Below, piece after piece: positions 1 to 8,025 of a DNA stretch of 64,000 nucleotides. The stretch lies in IMG/VR virus record IMGVR_UViG_3300039208_000165, positions 2,356 to 66,355 of that record; one strand, given 5' to 3'. The notes beneath the pieces were generated by a model, which saw only the letters and a list, made by a program, of their open reading frames with translations, was not told the origin of the DNA and made no database searches. A program made the translations under genes and the position numbers. Each line of letters starts with the position of its first letter. The stretch's first letter is position 1. This DNA is from a virus.

Positions 1-262
1 GACCGTAGGGGTCCCGCTGCTGATTGACAGCCATGGGCCAAATCTTGAAGGGGTAATCATGAGGATCTCCCCAATAGTTGATGCCTAGAATGTCTACATC
101 GTAGCGTCCAGACTCATGTAGGGCAGGTAGAATGTTTCGGGATACCTGTCCGAATCCCGTAGCACACGTGGGGGAATCCCCGTAGAAGATAACCTTGGTC
201 TTCTTCTGAGGTGCCTTCCCAACATTGGGATCAATTCGTTCTAAAAACTTAGGCTGAGCCAT
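1..262 (-). CDS. Glycosyltransferase, GT4/GT-B-like (N-terminal part; runs off the window edge)
   Basis: Not in the ORF track. Manual translation from ATG at 262 gives MAQPKFLERIDPNVGKAPQKKTKVIFYGDSPTCATGFGQVSRNILPALHESGRYDVDILGINYWGDPHDYPFKIWPM..., open to position 1. VIFYGDSPT..TGFGQVSRN is the typical first strand-loop-helix of GT4-like enzymes. GGAGG SD lies upstream. Confidence 0.75.
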   Translation of the reverse strand, partial: MAQPKFLERIDPNVGKAPQKKTKVIFYGDSPTCATGFGQVSRNILPALHESGRYDVDILGINYWGDPHDYPFKIWPMAVNQQRDPYG

Positions 263-476
263 CTGTTTCGTCTCCTCCATCTATAAGCAGGAATGCTCTC
301 TTAATTATACGACGTGGAACGTCGATTATGTCTTTATTTTTGTCTTCAAGGTAGATTTTATATTGGGTGAACTTGGTGACTTTGCCAAAGATCTTTAGCC
401 CGTCTAGACATTCGATCCCAATGTAAGGATAACCTAAATCCTTAAGCTGCGCTTGCGTTCGAGTCAGCTGCGTCAT
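249..476 (-). CDS. Hfq/LSm-like Sm-fold small protein (75 aa)
   Basis: PYIGIECLDGLKIFGKVTKFTQYKIYL aligns by eye with the E. coli Hfq Sm1 region [26 protein letters not shown] (G,K,G,F,Q and the hydrophobic pattern conserved). An N-terminal helix and an Sm2-like strand (IDVPRRII) are present; the YKHAI motif is absent. Confidence 0.5.
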   Translation of the reverse strand: MTQLTRTQAQLKDLGYPYIGIECLDGLKIFGKVTKFTQYKIYLEDKNKDIIDVPRRIIKRAFLLIDGGDETDGSA

Positions 477-1611
477 TTTCTACCTTAGTTTCCCTTACTC
501 GGAAAACCGGAGCGTTATAGCTTACCTTAGCCACCTTGGCCAGTGGGTCCTTGAGATCAGGTCGATCCTTGACGTATCGATCCAGCTTAGACTTGTTGAC
601 TGCCAGCACCGTGAAGAGATCCTCTTCCGGTACAATCTTGACAACATCCTCAATGTCGTAGTTGGTACGTCCTGCCTGGGTACTATACAGTTCCTTGTTG
701 GCTGCTGTAATAGACTCACCTAGGACTGCGCGCTCGGAAGCGATCATCTTCATCTCACGCTGGCGATTCTCAATGATGCTCTTCCTGCTGGCAACATCCT
801 GCCAGTGATTTAGGAACTCCTCGGGCTCCATATCTGCCAACGGAGTTAGAATTACGTTGTCAGAGTTCACTACCTCAGCGTACTGCGGGCAGTATGAGCT
901 GTAGTCACACCAACCGCAAAGATTGTTGATGCGTCCCTTAGTCTCCTCATCCACGACTGCGTTCATCTGCTTCCAAACACTGACCAGGAACTGACGGAAG
1001 GTAGCCTGCTGTTCCTTGGTGCGATAAGAAGAGACGGACTTGTCAATCCGTGGGTATTCCAGGGTCAGAATACGATTAGAGTACTGGGGCCAAACGATGC
1101 TGGCTGCCAGATCATACATGGACAGCTGGATATCATCCTTTAGCTGCCAAGTAGAGAGTGCGGTACGAGAAGTCTTGTAGTCCACAATCTCAATCGTATC
1201 TTCGTTGATGATTCGTACCTTATCAATAGCTCCCACGATAGGAATATCATCGGGAGTGTTAATCTTGAAGAAATGCTCCACCTCCAAGACGTTCTCCGAG
1301 GGGTCGTAACGGTCGATCCACTCGATAATCATGGTCTTTCCGTCCTCGTAGAACTCCATGTTGGTCAGACCCTCTTCTGTCGCCTTGTTCATGAACGTGG
1401 TGACAGCAAATTCATAGTCCGACTGGTCGGGGAAGCTCTGCTTGGACATCATTCGACGGGTGAACTGCTCTAGAGCCTCGTGAACAGCGACACCAATGCG
1501 GGCATGATCATTCATGACACGCGGAATGTCTCTGTCGTAACGGAAAACAGTCTTCAGCTGACACTGAAGAAAGTCCTTGACTCCGGTAGCAGATAGTCCT
1601 TTAATCTGCAT
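442..1611 (-). CDS. PD-(D/E)XK RecB/AddB/Cas4-like exonuclease with probable 4Fe-4S cluster and C-terminal extension
   Basis: N-terminal SAT..DFLQC, catalytic GAIDKV...IVDYKTS, QLSMY (QxxxY) motif, and C-terminal CGWCDYSSYC give the 1+3 Cys arrangement of the Cas4/AddB family. Confidence 0.85.
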   Translation of the reverse strand: MQIKGLSATGVKDFLQCQLKTVFRYDRDIPRVMNDHARIGVAVHEALEQFTRRMMSKQSFPDQSDYEFAVTTFMNKATEEGLTNMEFYEDGKTMIIEWIDRYDPSENVLEVEHFFKINTPDDIPIVGAIDKVRIINEDTIEIVDYKTSRTALSTWQLKDDIQLSMYDLAASIVWPQYSNRILTLEYPRIDKSVSSYRTKEQQATFRQFLVSVWKQMNAVVDEETKGRINNLCGWCDYSSYCPQYAEVVNSDNVILTPLADMEPEEFLNHWQDVASRKSIIENRQREMKMIASERAVLGESITAANKELYSTQAGRTNYDIEDVVKIVPEEDLFTVLAVNKSKLDRYVKDRPDLKDPLAKVAKVSYNAPVFRVRETKVENDAADSNASAA

Positions 1612-1981
1612 CTATAATCTCCTCATCCAGGTCGTCTTTTTCCCATTCTTCTATGAGTGACCTGAGTTCTTGTGCGTGCTCGTCTCTTTGAAAGAGCGGA
1701 CACCGTTTACAGTATGACTCTTCATGCCAAAACTTCCTAATAGCGCATGAGGGAAGGGACATCATGTAGTCCTTGTACCAACATATCACTGTCTTCTGGG
1801 GAAGTTTCTTGGCTACTTCGGGGACGATGTGTCCATAGAAGTGTTGATAGTCTTTACTCCGGACATAGGTACTTCCTTTGCCCTTCTTCTGCGGAGTTAT
1901 GTACTCCGGGGACTTACTCCCTCTTTTTCTTCTTACCGCTCTTCTTCTTAGCGGATTCCTTCTCGGCTTTAATGAGCCCAC
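1601..1981 (-). CDS. Hypothetical protein with Cys cluster (start codon uncertain)
   Basis: The ORF fills the gap between ruvC and the nuclease and its 3' end overlaps the nuclease start. It has C..C..CxxC residues and an acidic tail. The listed ATG lies 68 nt inside ruvC, so the true start is unclear. Confidence 0.5.
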   Translation of the reverse strand: MGSLKPRRNPLRRRAVRRKRGSKSPEYITPQKKGKGSTYVRSKDYQHFYGHIVPEVAKKLPQKTVICWYKDYMMSLPSCAIRKFWHEESYCKRCPLFQRDEHAQELRSLIEEWEKDDLDEEIIDAD

Positions 1982-2432
1982 GATAACCCCACACTAATGC
2001 CATCGCATCGGTAATGTCGTTGTGCTTGGAAAACGTCCAGTCATCCAAATTATACTTCTTTTTGAAGAAGCCAAAGACTTCTTTTTTCTTGAACGGGGAA
2101 TCTTGTGTACCACAACAGTGCTTTCTAGCTGTAGTGGCCGTTATAATCTCGGTCTGAATCTCCAAGGACGCACATAATTCCTGCGCCACTCCTGCAAACT
2201 TGACTAGAGCTTTGAGGGTATGGATGTTACCAAAACCAGCTCGGAAATAAGCATCCTCAATGACTACCAGATCAGGTTTGTACTTCTCAAGGAGAGCTTC
2301 TAGCTCCTTACGGAACACTACCAGCTTCTCCCCGAAAGATAGCTTAGGGTCGGGGGTAATCACACCACACGATCGCTTTGTTATGAACCACCCCGTGCTC
2401 TTAGTAGAGACATCCAACCCTAGAATCTTCAT
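1914..2432 (-). CDS. ruvC: Holliday junction resolvase, RuvC-like
   Basis: [15 protein letters not shown] (catalytic D), PDLVVIED (catalytic E) and NDITDAMAL (two C-terminal D). ATGA overlap with dnaJ. Confidence 0.85.
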   Translation of the reverse strand: MKILGLDVSTKSTGWFITKRSCGVITPDPKLSFGEKLVVFRKELEALLEKYKPDLVVIEDAYFRAGFGNIHTLKALVKFAGVAQELCASLEIQTEIITATTARKHCCGTQDSPFKKKEVFGFFKKKYNLDDWTFSKHNDITDAMALVWGYRGLIKAEKESAKKKSGKKKKRE

Positions 2433-3226
2433 TTACCTAGCAACTCCTTAAGCTTTTCCTTCTCATCGTCAGACAGAGTGTCCATATTCGGGTAGTTAAT
2501 CTGAACCACCACCATCACATCTCCCGGGGGACCCCCATTAAAACCAGCACCACCTTGTCCCTGCAGACGCATGGTGTTCCCGTGCTGAATTCCCGGAGGA
2601 ACTATGAGGTTAACACCCTTCTTCTCGGGCACAACGCCCCTTCCCTTGCAGGGTTCGCAGGGAGTCTTAACAATCTGACCCTTTCCCTGGCACTGACCGC
2701 AACCTTGCTGGATAAACATGTTACCCTGCTGCTGTTGCTGGAAGCCTCTACCCTGGCACCCGGGACACATCTCAAAATCTGTGCCACCTTTACCCTGACA
2801 AGCAGAGCAGCCCGACTGTAGGTGGTATTCTAGAGACATTTCTGCCCCAAATAGAGCATCGGCAATAGTAACCTCAAGGGGTAGCTGAATGCTCTGACCC
2901 CTCATAGGTGGGTTGGGGTCGTGGTGTTGCTGCTGGAATCCCCCGAAGTGGTTACGGAAGATATCAAAGGGATCCCCTGTGGTTCGGAACCCTCCCGGAC
3001 CCTCCGCATTTGGAGAACCCGTCATATCGTAAGAGCGTCTCCTATCAGGGTCGGACAGCACCGAGTAGGCTTCGGAGATTTCTTTGAACTTCTCCTCGGC
3101 CTCCTCGGTGTTGTCCGGGTTCTTGTCGGGATGATGTTCCTGCGCTAGCGCACGATACGCCTTCTTCAAGGACGCTTCGTCGACATCTCTCTCGACACCA
3201 AGAACCTGATAGTAATCCTTAGTCAT
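2429..3226 (-). CDS. dnaJ: DnaJ (Hsp40) co-chaperone, shortened type I
   Basis: J-domain (KDYYQVLGV...HPDKN...[13 protein letters not shown]), G/F-rich linker, four CxxCxGxG repeats, and one C-terminal peptide-binding domain. Confidence 0.95.
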   Translation of the reverse strand: MTKDYYQVLGVERDVDEASLKKAYRALAQEHHPDKNPDNTEEAEEKFKEISEAYSVLSDPDRRRSYDMTGSPNAEGPGGFRTTGDPFDIFRNHFGGFQQQHHDPNPPMRGQSIQLPLEVTIADALFGAEMSLEYHLQSGCSACQGKGGTDFEMCPGCQGRGFQQQQQGNMFIQQGCGQCQGKGQIVKTPCEPCKGRGVVPEKKGVNLIVPPGIQHGNTMRLQGQGGAGFNGGPPGDVMVVVQINYPNMDTLSDDEKEKLKELLGK

Positions 3227-3356
3227 CGGACGTGGCCACGACTACTGTGTTGCCACAGCCACCACAATGGTAGACCGTTTGCTCCCCCTCCCGGCTAATA
3301 AACCATCGAGAGTAGCTGTCGCAATGAATGCAAATCGGATAATCTGCCTGTCCCAT
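3219..3356 (-). CDS. Small zinc-ribbon protein (45 aa; missing from the ORF track)
   Basis: Manual translation [45 protein letters not shown], with two CxxC pairs. GGAG SD, start 2 nt after the upstream stop, and stop overlapping the dnaJ start. Confidence 0.7.
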   Translation of the reverse strand: MGQADYPICIHCDSYSRWFISREGEQTVYHCGGCGNTVVVATSDD

Positions 3357-3358
3357 AA

Positions 3359-3700
3359 CTAAGCTCCTACTGACTTAATGATCTCACCATGGATTCGGAT
3401 TACATCCTCATCCTGCTCCAGAGCCACAACATTGAAGCACTCACCGTCTTCCAGAGCGGGGTACTGTGCGTTAGCAAAGAGTACCCGAACCAACTCCCAA
3501 AGCTGGAAGAGTCCGTCATCAAAGATGGTGAATTCATTCTCGCCTGGGATGCTGATACCTAAAGCTAGCTCGTGCTCACGAAGAAAATCCGTGATCTTAC
3601 CAGTATTAGGTACCTCAATGGTGTGTCTGCCCTTAAGCTCCCACTCATATTCCTTTGCAGGGAGTAGGATCAGGCCGGAAATACCTCGTGCTGTGCCCAT
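3359..3700 (-). CDS. Hypothetical protein (113 aa)
   Basis: Coupled to ssb with a 2-nt gap and a GGAG SD; no motif recognised. Confidence 0.7.
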   Translation of the reverse strand: MGTARGISGLILLPAKEYEWELKGRHTIEVPNTGKITDFLREHELALGISIPGENEFTIFDDGLFQLWELVRVLFANAQYPALEDGECFNVVALEQDEDVIRIHGEIIKSVGA

Positions 3701-3702
3701 GA

Positions 3703-4344
3703 TTACGCTCCTGCTGCCTCACCTGCGGTGAAGTTGGTTACAACCGCGTCGGTGAAGATGCGGTTCTGTCCCTCAGGAGAGGTCCACTTTCGCTCCTGGA
3801 TGTGGCCGGAAACCTTGACGGCTCCGCCCTCGCCGATCTCATTGAGCTGCTCAGCGAGTTCATCCCAAGCAGTAATCCGGACATACGAATGTCGTAGGGT
3901 CTCCGGATCGTCGGCGCGGAAGTAAGGCACCTTGACCTTAGCATGGAAGAGCGGGGTACCGTTGGCACCTACGTTCTTTAGCTCAGGCCACTGGAACGTT
4001 CCCTCCAAGACGAAGAAGTTTGCTCCCTCGTCGGTCTCCACAATCTCTGCGGATTCGACCACGAGATCAGTAACCTTACGCTTCTGACCCTCGTGGACGT
4101 AGCTGCGCTCGTTGATTCGGGTGTTGGCCTTGATGGTAGTGCCCTGGGGCAGGCTACCGAGCCACTCAGCCCAATCTTCCCACGCAGTGATGCGCAGAAG
4201 AGACTCACGAGCCTCTCCGGTGCGCTGATCGGTGGTCGGGATCTTAACCTTGCACTTGAAAAGAGCCTTGCCACTGTTGGTGTACTTAAGCTCGGGCCAC
4301 TGAATGGAGCCCTGAACTACTGCGCTGTTCGTTCCTACTGTCAT
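3703..4344 (-). CDS. ssb: Single-stranded DNA-binding protein with two tandem OB folds (SSB/PriB-like)
   Basis: Two homologous halves (QWPELKY...RITAWEDWAE...INERSY and QWPELKN...RITAWDELAE...IQERKW). The start was moved to the ATG at 4344, which follows GGAGGA and the primase stop. There is no acidic DDDIPF tail. Confidence 0.85.
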   Translation of the reverse strand: MTVGTNSAVVQGSIQWPELKYTNSGKALFKCKVKIPTTDQRTGEARESLLRITAWEDWAEWLGSLPQGTTIKANTRINERSYVHEGQKRKVTDLVVESAEIVETDEGANFFVLEGTFQWPELKNVGANGTPLFHAKVKVPYFRADDPETLRHSYVRITAWDELAEQLNEIGEGGAVKVSGHIQERKWTSPEGQNRIFTDAVVTNFTAGEAAGA

Positions 4345-4345
4345 T

Positions 4346-5356
4346 TTATCCTCCAAGATATCGTTTGACATCGTTATAGGTAAAGTCCTTTGGATCCTTA
4401 CCATCTGGCAGGTCGACTACCGTGGTAGTCACTATCTTGCCGAGCATCTTTTGTACGCGTTCTGCGCCTGCCCGTCCTGCTGCATCTGCATCCAACATGA
4501 TAATCACGTTTTCTGCGTATTTTGAGAGAAGATCTCTCTGCGTAGGTGTAATATCCGTTCCCATTGCGGCAACGACATTATACACTCCTTGCATCGCTAA
4601 TCCCCAAACGTCTACAAAACCTTCTACCAGGATGAGAGTTCTATCATCACCCATAGTAATGTCACCAGTGTAGTATTTAGCAACATCTAAGTTGTAGAGC
4701 GTGGTTCCTTTGTTGATATTCTTCATCAACAGGTACTTGGGATCCTCGTTAGAATCTGTCCTTCTTCCGCTGATGGTGAGAAGCCCACCGTCCTCGTCTC
4801 GAATAGGGATAGTTTCCCGATGAACACCCTTACCGTCTGTAAATCCTCCGATTTCATAGAAATCCAGCAATTCTGCAGGAAAACCACGGTCCTCAAAGTA
4901 ACTAGAACGATTGGGTTTTAATTCTTCCAGTACTAGTTCTGGAAAGAAACTGGTAACGGTAGGTGCAGGCTGAGATCTCTTGATCTCCTGCTGCATCTCC
5001 CGTTGTTGCTTCATCTCAAGGTACTTTTCAGAGAGCTGTTCCTGGTTATCCAGGTCAACTCCTGCTAAGTCTGCCAAGAATCGGACAGCCTCAATGAAGG
5101 ACACGCCCAAGGTCTTCTGAACCAGACCCACTAGATCCCTGGAGTCATCACCCTCACAGTGGCGGGTGTAGCAACACCACGTTCGGGTCTCTAAATTGAA
5201 CCGAAAACCGGTAATATTGTCACCGCCGTGGACCTTACAAGGTCCCCGCAGTTCCTTACCACCACGCTTAACGATGTTGAACCCGAGGTGACTGAGCACC
5301 GTCTCGGGGTCAACTGTCAGCTTGATATTAGCTATCGTTTCCGGCTGAATCTTCAC
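4346..5356 (-). CDS. dnaG: DNA primase, DnaG-type (Zn-binding domain + TOPRIM)
   Basis: GPCKVH...WCCYTRHC Zn finger; ISGR...PKY; TOPRIM LVEGFVDV...AMGT...LDADAAG. Confidence 0.92.
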   Translation of the reverse strand: MKIQPETIANIKLTVDPETVLSHLGFNIVKRGGKELRGPCKVHGGDNITGFRFNLETRTWCCYTRHCEGDDSRDLVGLVQKTLGVSFIEAVRFLADLAGVDLDNQEQLSEKYLEMKQQREMQQEIKRSQPAPTVTSFFPELVLEELKPNRSSYFEDRGFPAELLDFYEIGGFTDGKGVHRETIPIRDEDGGLLTISGRRTDSNEDPKYLLMKNINKGTTLYNLDVAKYYTGDITMGDDRTLILVEGFVDVWGLAMQGVYNVVAAMGTDITPTQRDLLSKYAENVIIMLDADAAGRAGAERVQKMLGKIVTTTVVDLPDGKDPKDFTYNDVKRYLGG

Positions 5357-5771
5357 TTAAAGCTCTCACAATTTGCTCAAAAACTACCTTAACATTGGTC
5401 CTGAGTACCTGATCATTGATGTCCGGCACCCCTCTCACACCTGCGTTCTTGTAGCGGTCAAGCTCACGCTTAAGGAAAGCGAAAGCCTCCTCCTCGACAT
5501 CAAGAAAGTTGGTGTTGGTAGGGTCGGTTACTGTCTCTCTGAAGAAAACAGTCAATCTTTCGGTAACTACAAGGGCATCATAAGCGTCGAACACGCCCTT
5601 CTTGTCCTTGACAAAACCCTTTGCGAAGCCGAGTACCATGGGGAGATACTTAAGTCCCTGGTCGACTGCGCTCTTCACCTTAGGATTGGTGAAGTAGAAG
5701 TAAAACAGGAGACCGAGACCAGCTGTCCCGACTACCATGCCTACTAGTTCTAGAATTTCTCTAAAATCCAT
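5328..5771 (-). CDS. Single-pass membrane protein, possibly LL-H-holin-like
   Basis: N-terminal hydrophobic helix (ILELVGMVVGTAGLGLLFYFYF) followed by a helical soluble domain. It overlaps both dnaB and dnaG. The holin resemblance is weak and judged by eye. Confidence 0.45.
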   Translation of the reverse strand: MDFREILELVGMVVGTAGLGLLFYFYFTNPKVKSAVDQGLKYLPMVLGFAKGFVKDKKGVFDAYDALVVTERLTVFFRETVTDPTNTNFLDVEEEAFAFLKRELDRYKNAGVRGVPDINDQVLRTNVKVVFEQIVRALSEDSAGNDS

Positions 5772-7197
5772 CTTCGTCCTCCTCGCCGTTGCCCATCAAA
5801 TCTCTTAGCTGGGTGCGGGCTTCTTCCATTGTTAGAATTTGCTTTCGGAAGTACATATCAATACCACTGAAATCTGTGCCACCTGCCCGAGTGTCTAGAA
5901 TTTGGAGGCGGTGGGTGCCCATACCAAGCGCGGCATCGCGACCGTACTCCTCCTCCAACTTCTTGAACTCATCACGCGTCTTGGGGGCTAGCCCGAGAAG
6001 GGTGTTCGCGTATCGCAGAATACGATCCGAGTCTGCGAAGTCGGTGGCAGTTACGCGCCCCTTATTGGCCCCCTCCCGGCCAATCTGGGCAGCTGTCATT
6101 ACTGGTATCTCCAACTGTCCTGCTAAATTCTTAAGAGCAACGCACAAATAACCCAAGGCTTGGTACTCTTTGACCTTCCCGATCTGCTGGAGATCTGCAT
6201 CTGGGAGCTTAATATAGTCAAAGATTACACAGCCAATATTGTGCTGGTGCTTGTATTTTCGCGTGAGAGCGCTTACTCCCTCCGCGGTGAAGTCGGGGTA
6301 GTACTTGTGTAGAATCTTCCCGCTACGAGCGATTTCGAGCGCCTGATCCACTGCCCTGTTCCACTCTGCATTCGCTGCGTAGGTTCCGTTCTTGATTTCT
6401 TTCTCGGGGACGCCAGAAAGCATGGAAATTAGACGAAACTGCTGCTCTTTGGTACTCATCTCCGTGTCCAGATAGAGGATTGGCTCGTTGATGTGATAAG
6501 CCAAATGCTTTGCGATGTTCATCAGAGTGGCAGACTTACCTGCCTTGGGACGAGCACCCAAAACCGTCAGAGTTCCAGGCTCCAGACCGTTAATAGCGTT
6601 ATCTAGGATCTCAAATCCAGTAGGGAGGCCACGGACACTGGTCGGAGCGGCCTTAGCCTCCTCGACTAGCTCGACTAGTCCCTCCGAAATATCGACGGCG
6701 TCAGTACCCTTGTTGCTTTCGACAGAAATCTGCAGGAATTGCTCCTGAGCGTGACCTACAATGGTCTCAGCGTCCAAGGAATCAGAACTAAGTACCCGGT
6801 TCTGATCAGTAAGCTCTTGGATCTCCGAAGAAGCTTTCATGATCTTGTACTTAGTACTGGCGTCAATGACCTTCTTGATATAGAACTCAATGTTGGTAGG
6901 GTCTACGCTCTTATCGAAGAGAGCATTGACGTAATCGTACCCACCAATCTTATCATCCAACTTCATCGTAGAAGACTGGGTCAAAATAGCGGAAGCATCC
7001 AGGGTTCCTAGCTCTTCACGCATCAGTCCCTTGATAATAGTCCAGATAGCACGGTTGTGAGGAGTAAGAAAATCCCCATCACCCATCTTTGATTCTACTT
7101 CAAAGAAGTTGGTGGGTTCTTTCAACACACATGCGATGATGGCAGCTTCATTTCCCGCTTGGGAGAATTTTACTTTGGTCTGGTCCAGATCCATCAA
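5761..7197 (-). CDS. dnaB: Replicative DNA helicase, DnaB family
   Basis: N-terminal NEAAIIACVL..P domain, LPTGF..LD, Walker A GARPKAGKS, EMS..Q, IFDYIKL, LKNLAGQLEIPV..AAQ and DSD.I motifs. Confidence 0.95.
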   Translation of the reverse strand: MMDLDQTKVKFSQAGNEAAIIACVLKEPTNFFEVESKMGDGDFLTPHNRAIWTIIKGLMREELGTLDASAILTQSSTMKLDDKIGGYDYVNALFDKSVDPTNIEFYIKKVIDASTKYKIMKASSEIQELTDQNRVLSSDSLDAETIVGHAQEQFLQISVESNKGTDAVDISEGLVELVEEAKAAPTSVRGLPTGFEILDNAINGLEPGTLTVLGARPKAGKSATLMNIAKHLAYHINEPILYLDTEMSTKEQQFRLISMLSGVPEKEIKNGTYAANAEWNRAVDQALEIARSGKILHKYYPDFTAEGVSALTRKYKHQHNIGCVIFDYIKLPDADLQQIGKVKEYQALGYLCVALKNLAGQLEIPVMTAAQIGREGANKGRVTATDFADSDRILRYANTLLGLAPKTRDEFKKLEEEYGRDAALGMGTHRLQILDTRAGGTDFSGIDMYFRKQILTMEEARTQLRDLMGNGEEDEDGF

Positions 7198-7679
7198 GTG
7201 CGTTCCCTTGCCGTAATAGCGCGCTCGTCGCGTCGTCGGTTGTTCTCCGCCTTCAGAGCGTTCATAAGCTCAATAATTGGCTTATCTACACCGTCTAGGA
7301 GGTCCCGTTCCGCAGTTGAAATATCCAACTCCTGCTCTAGGATTTGTAGTTCTACATCAGAAGCAATGGCATTAGCTTCCCGTTCCGATAGTGTCTTTCC
7401 TGAGATATTACCTGCTTGTAGAAGGGACTTGACCTTTCGATCGAGTACCTTCTTTTTAGTGCTCGCTTCTACCCGAGCAACGTTGTATCGATACTGCAGC
7501 GTAATGAGGTATTGTCCCAACATAACCACATATTGGGACAGTTTCTGGGTGTCCACAGCTTCCATCTGCCGAGCATTGAAGTTAAACACTTCCTGAATCT
7601 CGGACGGAGGGGCGGCAGAGTGCAAGGACAGATCGTCCGACACCTGCTTAAGTCTGTTTGTTACCAGTTCATCCATCAT
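7194..7679 (-). CDS. All-helical protein, tentatively UvsY-like recombination mediator
   Basis: 161-aa coiled-coil-rich protein two genes from recA. Its size and the segment TLSEREANAIASDVELQILEQEL recall T4 UvsY; by-eye similarity only. Confidence 0.4.
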   Translation of the reverse strand: MMDELVTNRLKQVSDDLSLHSAAPPSEIQEVFNFNARQMEAVDTQKLSQYVVMLGQYLITLQYRYNVARVEASTKKKVLDRKVKSLLQAGNISGKTLSEREANAIASDVELQILEQELDISTAERDLLDGVDKPIIELMNALKAENNRRRDERAITARERT

Positions 7680-8025
7680 TTTGCGCCTCTTCGATCCTTT
7701 CTAACAGATCCCCAGTATCGATAGGGATTTCGTCGAAGTTAATGCACAGGAGGGTCTTGTTGTTGAGACCACACCACTCCTTCTTCATAGCGTCGCGCTT
7801 CTTTTGGGCGCGAAAAGCGGCAGCATCCTGGTGAAAATGCTTATTAAACTCGGTGTGCTGCACCCCCTGAACCTCAACATAAAGATTGAGGGTCGGGAGA
7901 TAGAAGTCAAAGAACAATCTCTGACCCCGGTAGCTGACATACTCCTCGTGTTTAATGAGGGTGTTAGGCAGCGCTGCTTGCAGACTTTCGAGTACGCTTT
8001 TTGCTAGATGGCTTATCATTTGCAC
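7669..8025 (-). CDS. Vsr/DUF559-like PD-(D/E)XK endonuclease
   Basis: LFFDFYLPTLNLYVEVQGVQH...RDAMKKEWC...LLCI is the typical Vsr/DUF559-like pattern. Confidence 0.75.
   Translation of the reverse strand: MQMISHLAKSVLESLQAALPNTLIKHEEYVSYRGQRLFFDFYLPTLNLYVEVQGVQHTEFNKHFHQDAAAFRAQKKRDAMKKEWCGLNNKTLLCINFDEIPIDTGDLLERIEEAQNDG

Noticed and set aside
1090-1130. QLSMY as a beta-clamp-binding motif (QLSLF-like)
   Set aside because: It is the conserved RecB-family QxxxY motif at its expected position.
442-1611. CRISPR-Cas locus suggested by the Cas4-like gene
   Set aside because: No cas1/cas2 or other cas genes and no repeat-spacer array were seen in the window.
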